A stretch of DNA of 64,000 bases, from NCBI GenBank assembly GCA_012798115.1, contig JAAZNV010000007.1, forward strand, positions 25,586-89,585. Reading direction: 5' to 3'. The notes below the pieces were generated by a model. It was not told the origin of the DNA and did no database searches. It saw only the letters and a list, made by a program, of their open reading frames with translations. The translations under genes and the position numbers were made by a program. Below are positions 1 to 8,013 of this stretch, piece after piece. Numbering within the stretch: the stretch's first letter is position 1; each line of letters opens with the position of its first letter. Origin of the DNA: a candidate division WWE3 bacterium. GTDB lineage: Bacteria; Patescibacteriota; WWE3; UBA101185; UBA10185.

Positions 1-784
1 ACGAACTAACCTCATTGAGATAATCTTTAATGGACTTAAAGTAGTTCTCTGGCAGTCCGATTCTTAGCGTTTTGCCACTTTGTACGTCCTCTTGGGTTCT
101 TGTGTCGTGTGATTTCCTCCAGGCTTCAAATCTTACATCTTCCCAACCTGTGTCCTTACCGTCTAAAAATCTAGCATTGCCGGCTAAGGATGTAGATATG
201 GGACTAATCATGAATAATCTGTTTAGCTTGTCTAGAGCATCGGTTATACCATTACACTCTAGAGAGAATTGAAAGGCATTTAATAAACCGACCACTGCAG
301 CATCGCCAACAAATGCTCCGTTTATAAAGTTCATATTATGACGAGTACGATTCTCATTATGAAAATTAGGCACAATCATGTACTTCTCGGTTTTTGTTCT
401 TTCAACTTTTCTTGTATTTGCCCATGGAATTGTGCCTCCTCTCCCGAGTTTAAATCCATACTTTCCAGCCTCATTTATTAATTGTGATTCCAGTTCCCTT
501 AGTTGTTTGTGCCAACTATCAAACCCCCCTTGGTGTAGGTTTACAGGCTTTGGGTGAACTTCTATACACGAAGCTCCGAGTTCTGAACCAAAGTCCTTTC
601 CGAGTTTTTCAATAATCTTCTTTTTCTCCTCATCTTTAGCAAGTATCTTTTCCCCACAAACTTCTTTGTAAATGTAAAGTTCTTGCTCTGCTCCCGCCAT
701 ACTAACTTTGTGACACGTGTTACCCCTAGGGATTCTACTAAGTTGATCTTCTGCAGCCTTTTTAAACGCACTTAACATACTCAT
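1..784 (-). CDS. Glutamate-cysteine ligase family 2 (GCS2)-like carboxylate-amine ligase, 3' end beyond window
   Basis: Not in the ORF track. Manual translation from ATG 784 (SD AAGGAGAG) stays open to the window edge: MSMLSAFKK...GAEQELYI...GSELGASCIEV...GTIPW...NAFQFSL...SLAGNARFLDGKDTGWEDVRFEAW. This matches the GxExE, ELxxxxIE and aNSPfxxGxDTG..R motifs of GCS2/YbdK ligases. Confidence 0.8.
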   Translation of the reverse strand, partial: MSMLSAFKKAAEDQLSRIPRGNTCHKVSMAGAEQELYIYKEVCGEKILAKDEEKKKIIEKLGKDFGSELGASCIEVHPKPVNLHQGGFDSWHKQLRELESQLINEAGKYGFKLGRGGTIPWANTRKVERTKTEKYMIVPNFHNENRTRHNMNFINGAFVGDAAVVGLLNAFQFSLECNGITDALDKLNRLFMISPISTSLAGNARFLDGKDTGWEDVRFEAWRKSHDTRTQEDVQSGKTLRIGLPENYFKSIKDYLNEVSS

Positions 785-838
785 TTTACTCTCCTTTATC
801 TTTATGTTTTTAAGGTTCTTCTAGCTAATTTATCCTTC

Positions 839-1777
839 TTAGTCCTTCTCCTTTATCATTTTTCCTATTGTAAAAATCCTATCCCCAGTAGACACAAACT
901 GATTGTTCTTCAAAACCATTAGCACACCGCTTTCATGAGCTGTCACCCTACTCTTTTTGAAGGTGTTAATATCTATGATACTTCCTATGACATCGCCTTT
1001 TTTGACCTTTTCCATTAAAGATTTCTTGGATATAAAAATCCCAGAGATATCTGAATCTATTTCACTGTGTTCTACAAAAATAGGTGTTCTCTTGTTTCTT
1101 TCCAACTTCATATTTGTAATTTTGGCCTCGTTTAGCACTCTTATGGTTCCATCTACTGCTCTACGAATTTGTTCTGGGGTAATCTCATAATGTTGCGGGA
1201 GTTCTATCGCAATATTTGGTACTCCTTCAAATGAGATTTTTGGGCCCAATGCTGTAACAAATTTAAGTTCGTTCTTACTCTGTACATTCATTTGCCATAC
1301 AATGTCTGGGTTGAAAATTTTAACAAAGTTGAGAGTTCTGTTCCTTGTTTTTCTGCTCCCGCAGTTCATAAAAATACTAGTAATTACTGTAGGATCGGAA
1401 AAGGTATGAAAATCCAAAACAACATCCATTTTTTTTGCAATATCAAATATCGCGGATGCAATTCTATCCGTGAGTTCTTTGTTTCTATCCCCAGGGAATT
1501 TTCTGTTTAGATCATAGCCATCAATGGGAGTAACTCTAGATCCCAAAGCGTGTGCTAGAGGGTTTGCGGAGGGGATAATCCAAAGTTCACCTGATATCTC
1601 TTTAATTTGTTCCAAAACTTTGTTAATAATCAATAGACCTGTATATTCATCGCCATGCATTCCGCATAAAATTAATGCCTTTGAACCTCTTGTTCTGCCT
1701 AAAATTTTAACTAAGGGAATATTTATCTCTATGGCTCCGGACTGACCTATTTTTATCCTACTAAATTTTTTTTGCAT
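839..1777 (-). CDS. Succinylglutamate desuccinylase/aspartoacylase (AstE/AspA, M14-like) deacylase
   Basis: GMHGDE, DLNRKFPG, DFHT and AIELP motifs; C-terminal barrel-sandwich hybrid domain (VKKGDVIG). Confidence 0.9.
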   Translation of the reverse strand: MQKKFSRIKIGQSGAIEINIPLVKILGRTRGSKALILCGMHGDEYTGLLIINKVLEQIKEISGELWIIPSANPLAHALGSRVTPIDGYDLNRKFPGDRNKELTDRIASAIFDIAKKMDVVLDFHTFSDPTVITSIFMNCGSRKTRNRTLNFVKIFNPDIVWQMNVQSKNELKFVTALGPKISFEGVPNIAIELPQHYEITPEQIRRAVDGTIRVLNEAKITNMKLERNKRTPIFVEHSEIDSDISGIFISKKSLMEKVKKGDVIGSIIDINTFKKSRVTAHESGVLMVLKNNQFVSTGDRIFTIGKMIKEKD

Positions 1778-1792
1778 TTTGTAATCTCCTAT

Positions 1793-2078
1793 AACAAAAA
1801 TGTCCTCAAGCTCTTATCAGATTTAAATCTGATAACAACCTAAGGACGTTCTTAATAAGCGTGGTACCACCTTAGTTTATCCAATCGTCACCGATTGAAT
1901 CTCTTTAACTGCTCCGCTTGTGCGACACAGCCTATCGCTTTTACGGGCGAACCCGTTCCTAATTTTCTTAGGACAGCTCCGGAAGTGTAATTCGCTTTTC
2001 ACTATACGCTAGGTTTTCAGCGACCACCTGGTTTCTAATGTCACTAGTCTAAAGCTACTTATTCTTCCATCAAAGCTT
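1793..2078 (-). promoter_or_regulatory. T-box riboswitch (transcriptional), Tyr specifier UAC
   Basis: Minus strand. Stem I: GGAAG..AAGUAG..AGA..GCUGAAA..GAAU-UAC-A-CUUCC, specifier at 1989-1987. T-box AAGGUGGUACCACG at 1873-1860. Antiterminator CUAAGG-UGGUACC-ACG/CGU-CCUUAG. Overlapping terminator hairpin with U-tract at 1847-1793. Confidence 0.92.
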
Positions 2079-2088
2079 TATAGGGAGC

Positions 2089-2117
2089 AATATATACAAT
2101 TTTAGTAGGATTGTCAA
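2089..2117 (-). promoter_or_regulatory. Sigma70 promoter driving the T-box leader
   Basis: TTGACA-N17-TATATT immediately upstream of stem I. Confidence 0.75.
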
Positions 2118-2178
2118 CAAGGGTGCAATTAGTTAAGTAGCTTAATATTTATTGTTCTATAACTTTTTATACATAAAC

Positions 2179-2220
2179 AAAAAACCAGAAGAAACGTGCT
2201 GTGAACAATCTCTTCTGGTT
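2179..2220 (-). terminator. Intrinsic terminator after the EamA gene
   Basis: AACCAGAAGA/TCTTCTGGTT inverted repeat followed by a U-run on the minus strand. Confidence 0.65.
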
Positions 2221-2227
2221 GTTAGTA

Positions 2228-3175
2228 CTAAACTGATTCTTTCCTGTCATTGTTGTTGAATATTTTATAAAGTACCAAACTCAGACCTATTAACACAAGG
2301 GAAAAAATCATACTCGCATTGACAGGTATCTTCATTAAAGGTAGTAGTATGATCTGGGAAGTGGGAATTGCTGAGGTTCCAATTAACCAAAGCGGATCAC
2401 TGCTTTTGCCATGCTTGTTGGCATTGATTGTGCTAAGTCTAGTTCCTTTAACAAAAGCCCAGAATCCTACACCGTTACTGATGGCACCTACTATTATAAG
2501 GTACCAAATGACTTTTAGATCTGGAAGGATTAAGGATGACCTTGCTAAAACCAGTGGGGTGACTAGAACAGCAGTTACAACCTCGATCACAAAAGTCAAG
2601 ACCCAGTCATCATAGTTTACATTTCCTGTTAGATAGCAGAACAAAGCTTGTGTGAAAGCAGCTATCAAACCGTATGTAATCACTAGATTATGTACTGCAT
2701 CTGTAGATTTGGTGCCAACAACATATACCACAACCGAAACTACGGCCAAAAGTACTGGTAAGATAAACTTAAAGCTTTTCCTATTAAGGTATACACTTTT
2801 TCTCCCCAGTAATACAGCTGAGATTACCATGAAAAATATTGGCCATGTGTAGTTTAATATGGTGGTAAAGGCCGCACCAATCAGTTTAATAGATTGGAAG
2901 TAAGTTACTGAGTATATGAATGGCCAAATGAGACCAAGACCAATCATTTTAAGATAATCTTTCCAATCATATTTTCTGAATTTGGACCAGCCTCCTTGGA
3001 TAGTTATTAGTATTGTGATTGCAATTACTGCTATCCAGTTAACATAGAACGTGGTTATATCTCCGTCCAAGTTTCCCAATTGCGCCAACCCAGGCACAAT
3101 CCCCCACGTTACTATTACTACAATCAATAACCATGCATAACCAGGCTCCTTGCTAGAAGATTTCTTCGTATTCAC
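2228..3175 (-). CDS. EamA/DMT-family transporter
   Basis: About 10 hydrophobic helices with TWG and NYTWPIF motifs. Likely start is GTG 3175 after AAGAGGTG; the ORF track extends to 3295. Confidence 0.85.
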   Translation of the reverse strand: MNTKKSSSKEPGYAWLLIVVIVTWGIVPGLAQLGNLDGDITTFYVNWIAVIAITILITIQGGWSKFRKYDWKDYLKMIGLGLIWPFIYSVTYFQSIKLIGAAFTTILNYTWPIFFMVISAVLLGRKSVYLNRKSFKFILPVLLAVVSVVVYVVGTKSTDAVHNLVITYGLIAAFTQALFCYLTGNVNYDDWVLTFVIEVVTAVLVTPLVLARSSLILPDLKVIWYLIIVGAISNGVGFWAFVKGTRLSTINANKHGKSSDPLWLIGTSAIPTSQIILLPLMKIPVNASMIFSLVLIGLSLVLYKIFNNNDRKESV

Positions 3176-3530
3176 TTTACACCTCTTTTGAATTAGGATT
3201 TTGTTGTTTAGCTTGATTTGCCCTAGAAAATCATTTAACTCCCAACAGCACCTCCTTTTATCTTCTTTTATTACCATGTTTGATTTCTTAATCAATTTTT
3301 ACCTTGTTTTGTTGCACATCTCCTTGCTTGAGTAGTAGTGGTTGAATAGTGTATTTCGATCATTTTCTGCCTTTATTTACTTAAGTTATATTCTGTTATC
3401 AAAGGGCTACTACTCTTTACTTTCAAGCAATTATATATAGGTTGTATAAAAAGTCAAATACAAACGTCAATTAAAAATACTTAATTTGCATGATTGAAAT
3501 TATTTTTATGTATAATAACTTTAATAAAAA

Positions 3531-4226
3531 GTGAGAAGATCTCGTTCACTCTATAAGATGATAAATGTTAACGATTATAAAATTAAGATCATTGATTTAA
3601 ACACTCTAAAGCGTCGTGGAGTAATAAAAAAAGTTATAGGAACGCTCCCCAGGGAGGGTTTGACGGTAGGTTTAGATGTATGGGCAAGAAAGTCTCCAAA
3701 GGAATCATTTCTAGGACTTATTGGTATATGTAAAACGCTTACAGATAAGCCACTAAAAGTATTTGTAGATGATTTATGTGCAAGAATGGATACAGGAAGA
3801 ACTGTTGCAGAGCAGAAATACTATAATAATCTCTATAAGAAGTTTTTTATAAACCAAGGCTGCGAAGTTTATTTTAGCAGCGATGTTCTTAGTGAAAAGC
3901 AAATGGCCAGACGTATCTATAATTTTAGTACTAGATTAACGTTTAATGATTTCGTTCAATGCCTTCCGCTTGAAAAACGTGTGAACATTGAAAAGTTGTC
4001 GATTAAAGAGTGCGGTCACTTGATACTTCAACTTATGTTCTTGGATTGTATAAAGGACATTTGTGATGTGGCGATGTTCGGAGCTTTCAGTGAAGCAGTG
4101 GTGTATATGCACAGGCAAACATCAAATAATCCACTAAGTTGTGTTATTGTTCCTAAAGTGCCTAACAATTTGACAGACATAAAAGAACTCTTAGCTTCTT
4201 TAGAAAACAAGTTTACCCGAAAATAA
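3531..4226 (+). CDS. Stand-alone degenerate class Ic aaRS (archaeal-type TyrRS-like) catalytic domain, no HIGH/KMSKS
   Basis: Colinear similarity to the archaeal TyrRS Rossmann domain, recalled from memory: VFVDDLCARM..YKKFF..G, IKECGHLILQL, CDVAMFG..MHRQ..SCVIVP. The protein ends before KMSKS and the anticodon-binding domain. Start may be ATG 3558. Confidence 0.65.
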   Translation: MRRSRSLYKMINVNDYKIKIIDLNTLKRRGVIKKVIGTLPREGLTVGLDVWARKSPKESFLGLIGICKTLTDKPLKVFVDDLCARMDTGRTVAEQKYYNNLYKKFFINQGCEVYFSSDVLSEKQMARRIYNFSTRLTFNDFVQCLPLEKRVNIEKLSIKECGHLILQLMFLDCIKDICDVAMFGAFSEAVVYMHRQTSNNPLSCVIVPKVPNNLTDIKELLASLENKFTRK

Positions 4227-5013
4227 TTTTTGTAGCCGTTGGCTCATGTATATAGAAGTATCTAAGCAATTTTCTTTGATTGTTAGTAATCTCTCTCTTG
4301 TCTATATTAGAGTATATATAGGTTTTACACTTGCGTATAAACCTTAGACGCTGTTTGGAAAGTTTTAGCCCATCGTATACAAAACCGCCAAGTAGCATTA
4401 CACTGTGGTAATCTGTTAAAACGAAGTCATTATTGTGTCCAATGTGGCATCTCCAAATTAGCTTGTAACCTAGATTTAGCTTGTGTTCGACTATTGGAAA
4501 TATGTAAAGTTTCTTGTAGCCAGAAAAGTCATCATATTCCTTAACTTTGGATAAAGATTTATATCTAAACTCGTTGATTAATATTGGCGTTAAGCAAAGT
4601 GATTTTGTAAATGTTGATAGAAACATAATTTTAATGGAAAACTTATACTTGAAGAAGAGTGTGTCTGTTTGTACACAGCTAGCATCGTAAGATTCGCACA
4701 CGTTATTGTAGGCTTCCTTTAATTTGATAAATGGGGTGTCTCCAATATTTATATGTTTTTCCTTATCGTCAACAATAATGAAAAAATCCACATCACTAGC
4801 ATTCACTTTCTCTCGAAAACTTTGGTAGTTATTTGCACGTAGACAAAGAGCTAGGGAACCACCTAGTAATAAGCTGTAAGAATTACACCCAAAATTTTCA
4901 TCACAAATGTTTTTTATGTAGTTAATTTCCTTGACTAATCTAACCGAGTAAGTCTTAAGGTTTTTCAAGTTCAAATTTTTATCTGTCTCTATTATCCTGT
5001 CCAAGAAAAACAT
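4213..5013 (-). CDS. Pol-beta-superfamily nucleotidyltransferase-like protein
   Basis: LLLGGSLA...SDVDFFII (hG[GS]-x-DxD) signature; the third acidic residue is not obvious. Confidence 0.6.
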   Translation of the reverse strand: MFFLDRIIETDKNLNLKNLKTYSVRLVKEINYIKNICDENFGCNSYSLLLGGSLALCLRANNYQSFREKVNASDVDFFIIVDDKEKHINIGDTPFIKLKEAYNNVCESYDASCVQTDTLFFKYKFSIKIMFLSTFTKSLCLTPILINEFRYKSLSKVKEYDDFSGYKKLYIFPIVEHKLNLGYKLIWRCHIGHNNDFVLTDYHSVMLLGGFVYDGLKLSKQRLRFIRKCKTYIYSNIDKREITNNQRKLLRYFYIHEPTATKIIFG

Positions 5014-5130
5014 TCGTGTGGCAATTATATTACCTACATTATTGATGTCAAAATAATTGGGTTAACTAATATTAATCCCATGTAATATACCTTTAACAAG
5101 GTTACCCCTTAAGGTAAGCAGGAACAAATA

Positions 5131-5158
5131 GACCCAGAAAGTTTCTAATTTCTGGGTC
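5131..5158 (-). terminator. Hairpin downstream of accessory tyrS
   Basis: GACCCAGAAA/TTTCTGGGTC inverted repeat. Confidence 0.6.
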
Positions 5159-5188
5159 CAAACGTTAAAAATAAATATCTAGAATCTT

Positions 5189-6427
5189 TTACTTTCTGTT
5201 TATCCTTAGAAAGTTGGATTTTCCGAACTTTATCAAACAGCTTTGATTTATCTCCTCTTTTGGATCTGTCACTTTTCCTTCATTTACCTTCACCGCTCCT
5301 CCCTTAACCCTTCGGCTAACTTCACTTTTTGATGGAAGGCTACCAGATTCTACTAAGATTTCATCCAAAGGCATTTTCTTTACGATATCAAACTCAGGGA
5401 TTGAACTCAGATCTTCATTTTTATTGCCCATAAATACACTTTTTGATTGTTTTTGAGCTTTTTTGGCTTCCTCTTCTCCGTGCACAACTTTAGTGACTTC
5501 ATACGCCAACGTTTTTTGAGCTTCTCTTGGATCCCCGCTCATTATTTCATTGATCTGTTCCATTGGAAGAAACGTATAGATTCCGAAGAGAGTTCTTACC
5601 ATTCTGTCATCTATCTTTTCTATATACTGGTAGAAATCAAATGGAGATGTTTTGTTGGGATCTAACCACAAAGGTCCTTTTTCAGTTTTTCCCATCTTTT
5701 CGCCACTTGGAGTGGTAAGAAGAGAGAAAGTAACTGCTTGTGCACATGCTTTGTTTCCATAGTGAGCTTTAATTAGATTAACGCCTTGGATTATGTTTCC
5801 CCATTGATCACTCCCACCAACTTGGATTTTGCAACCATATTTGTCATAAAGTATGAGAAAGTCCCAAGATTGTACAGTGGTATATAGAAATTCTAATAGA
5901 GATAAGCCTTCTCCAACTTTAAGTCTGCGATCAAAGGTTTCCATCTTTACCATCTCGTTAACAGAGAAGTAACGTGCCACATCCATCATGTAGTCGTCAA
6001 GAAAACTCATTTTCGTTATCCAATCGGCATTATTCACCATAATAGCCTTTTTCGGATCGTCAAATGATAGCAATCCCATTCTCTGAACTTGGCGTTTTAT
6101 GCACCTTCCATTTTCCTCAACCTTTTCTTCAGTTAGAAGTACTCTGGAAGATTTCTTTCCGCTTGGATCTCCTATCCTCCCAGTAGCACCACCCAAAAGG
6201 AAGATCACTCTGTTTTTGGCTTCCTGCATATGATGAAGTGCCATAACACCCATAAAGTGTCCTAAGTGTAGACTGTCAGCGGAAGGATCAAAACCATCAT
6301 ATATTGTGGTCCCTTCTCCTAACAGCTTCCTAACGGCATCCTCATCAGAAACTTGGTACTTCTCTTGACTTCCATCAGTAGTTCTTGCTATAAAGCCCCG
6401 TTGTTTTAATAGGTCATATACGTTCAT
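5189..6427 (-). CDS. tyrS: Tyrosine--tRNA ligase, TyrS-type (accessory copy)
   Basis: YDGFDPSADSLHLGH, YTTVQSWDF, QVGGSDQWGNI, KMGKT and a C-terminal S4 domain; SD AAGGAG. Confidence 0.95.
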   Translation of the reverse strand: MNVYDLLKQRGFIARTTDGSQEKYQVSDEDAVRKLLGEGTTIYDGFDPSADSLHLGHFMGVMALHHMQEAKNRVIFLLGGATGRIGDPSGKKSSRVLLTEEKVEENGRCIKRQVQRMGLLSFDDPKKAIMVNNADWITKMSFLDDYMMDVARYFSVNEMVKMETFDRRLKVGEGLSLLEFLYTTVQSWDFLILYDKYGCKIQVGGSDQWGNIIQGVNLIKAHYGNKACAQAVTFSLLTTPSGEKMGKTEKGPLWLDPNKTSPFDFYQYIEKIDDRMVRTLFGIYTFLPMEQINEIMSGDPREAQKTLAYEVTKVVHGEEEAKKAQKQSKSVFMGNKNEDLSSIPEFDIVKKMPLDEILVESGSLPSKSEVSRRVKGGAVKVNEGKVTDPKEEINQSCLIKFGKSNFLRINRK

Positions 6428-6552
6428 TTTTACTCCTTTCTACCATTTTACTATTTTGTTATAAAAGTTCTAGTACTTATTTTTCTTCGTTTTGTTGAAT
6501 ACTATATAAATTTAATTGTCTTGTCAAATTAACTAAACGTTATACTTTACAT

Positions 6553-6672
6553 GCACTACAGGTTGTCAGGTAAGCACACTAAACAGGCCTTATCAATTAC
6601 ACACTAATACTATCGTGTAAGATCGTAAGTCACCTGGGTTTATTTGCTAGAACTTTTCTTTACTGTAGGTGT
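6553..6672 (+). ncRNA. Candidate compact 6S RNA-like rod-shaped ncRNA
   Basis: TATACT at 6541 upstream. Nested pairings GCACUACAG/CUGUAGGUGU, a central bubble, AGCA/UGCU, UAAAC-AGG/CCU-GUUUA, CUUA/UAAG and UUACAC/GUGUAA. Confidence 0.45.
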
Positions 6673-6775
6673 AATGCTTTGTATACTAACGTTAAGAAGA
6701 AAAAAAACAACGTATTTCTTTATAAGGATGGAAACTGCTAGTGAGAGTACTTGTGGTTGTAGGCGGTTATGTTTT

Positions 6776-7066
6776 ATGAGTAATCTCTTTAGGAAGAAAA
6801 AAGAAAATTTTAAATGTGAAAACTGTGGACATGAAGTAAAAGGAAATGGATATACTAACCACTGCCCTATTTGCTTATATAGCAAACACGTAGATATATT
6901 TCCTGGGGATAGATTAGAAAAGTGTAAAGGTTTAATGAAGCCAATTAGTGTTGATAAAAAAGATGGAGAGTATGTTCTTATACACAAATGTATAAAATGT
7001 GGTGTGGAAAAAAGAAATAAAGTATCTAAAGAAGATAACTTTGAAGAAATAATAAAATTAAGTTAG
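6776..7066 (+). CDS. RNHCP-domain Zn-ribbon protein
   Basis: FKCENCG..YTNHCPICLYSKHVD..PGDR..C.GLMKP..HKCIKCG; start ATG 6776. Confidence 0.85.
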   Translation: MSNLFRKKKENFKCENCGHEVKGNGYTNHCPICLYSKHVDIFPGDRLEKCKGLMKPISVDKKDGEYVLIHKCIKCGVEKRNKVSKEDNFEEIIKLS

Positions 7067-7076
7067 GATCTTAATA

Positions 7077-7688
7077 TTATTCTTGTATGCTGATATCAGA
7101 TAAAAAGCCTTTAATTTCTTCATCTGAGACGTATTTGTTTTCTAAGTAATCAATTGTCTCAGAATAATCTATGTCTTGGTAGTATGAAAGTTGCTCTCTG
7201 AATAGTTTTTCATTAAACTCTTGACCAAATATTTCCTTTGCTCTTGTTGTAATGTCAGAAAATTTATTTTCTTTAAAAACAAAGAATAAATCAACGTAGT
7301 CCTTCCATTTTGCTCTTTTTCCTAAGGCAAAAGCTTTCATTGCGGAAAGAGTACTTAGATTTGGTAGTTTAATTATATTTTCAAATGTCTCAGAGTAGTC
7401 TATTTCAAACGGATATGTGAGAAAAGTAAGTTTCACATTATTTACAACAATAGTTAATTCCTCTGTATTTTCTACTAGTGTGTTTTGGATTTGGTATGAT
7501 TGCCTAATTTTGTTTCTAACTTTATCGTGATCAAAGCTCTTGTCTATGAAAAGGTCATAATCTATAGATCTTCTATGCCCAATTTGTAATGCAATAGCAG
7601 TGCCTCCCACTAAACCAAACTCACTAGAAAATGTTTGTAGTAAGGGCAAAAGTTTAATTTGTTCCTCATTTAAAACTTCTTTATGCAT
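7077..7688 (-). CDS. AbiEii/AbiGii-family nucleotidyltransferase toxin
   Basis: LVGGTAIALQIGHRRSIDYD, MKAFAL..RAKWKDYVDL. Confidence 0.9.
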   Translation of the reverse strand: MHKEVLNEEQIKLLPLLQTFSSEFGLVGGTAIALQIGHRRSIDYDLFIDKSFDHDKVRNKIRQSYQIQNTLVENTEELTIVVNNVKLTFLTYPFEIDYSETFENIIKLPNLSTLSAMKAFALGKRAKWKDYVDLFFVFKENKFSDITTRAKEIFGQEFNEKLFREQLSYYQDIDYSETIDYLENKYVSDEEIKGFLSDISIQE

Positions 7689-7953
7689 TCTTGTTTAAGT
7701 ATAAAGTAAAATAATTTATTGTTTGAGGTTTTAAGTTTGTTCTCTTTTTACTTGAAATTTCCTTAAATAGTTTATTTATTTCCTTTATGCCAAGTAGTTT
7801 TTTAATATATTGAAAGTCTTCCCAGTTGCCGTAGTTAAATATACTTTCAGCAATAACCTGATATGACAAATTATCATAGTTTGATGTACCCCATGCCAAA
7901 TATGGCCTGGATTTAATATAGCTTCTTGCCTCATTAAGTAAAGGATCAATCAT
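7681..7953 (-). CDS. Small putative antitoxin (DUF6922-like) upstream of the AbiEii toxin
   Basis: LAW..IAESIFNYGNWED pattern; overlaps the toxin start; TATAAT-N6-ATG at 7953. Confidence 0.7.
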   Translation of the reverse strand: MIDPLLNEARSYIKSRPYLAWGTSNYDNLSYQVIAESIFNYGNWEDFQYIKKLLGIKEINKLFKEISSKKRTNLKPQTINYFTLYLNKNA

Positions 7954-8013
7954 ACCCATATTATAGCTCATTACTTGTTGTATTTATAATACAGTGTTAT
8001 AAATTAATATAGT

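Noticed and set aside
562-771. 69-aa ORF in the track (also 72-272 +)
   Set aside because: Alternative-frame shadows of the real 1-784 minus-strand ligase gene.
3176-3330. SD-like sequences upstream of EamA as possible precursor-peptide ORFs
   Set aside because: They lead only to 3-6-codon frames; there is no credible peptide.
6553-6672. 5S rRNA or SRP RNA, given the 120-nt size
   Set aside because: No 5S CCGAAC/GAUGGUAGU or SRP helix-8 motifs.
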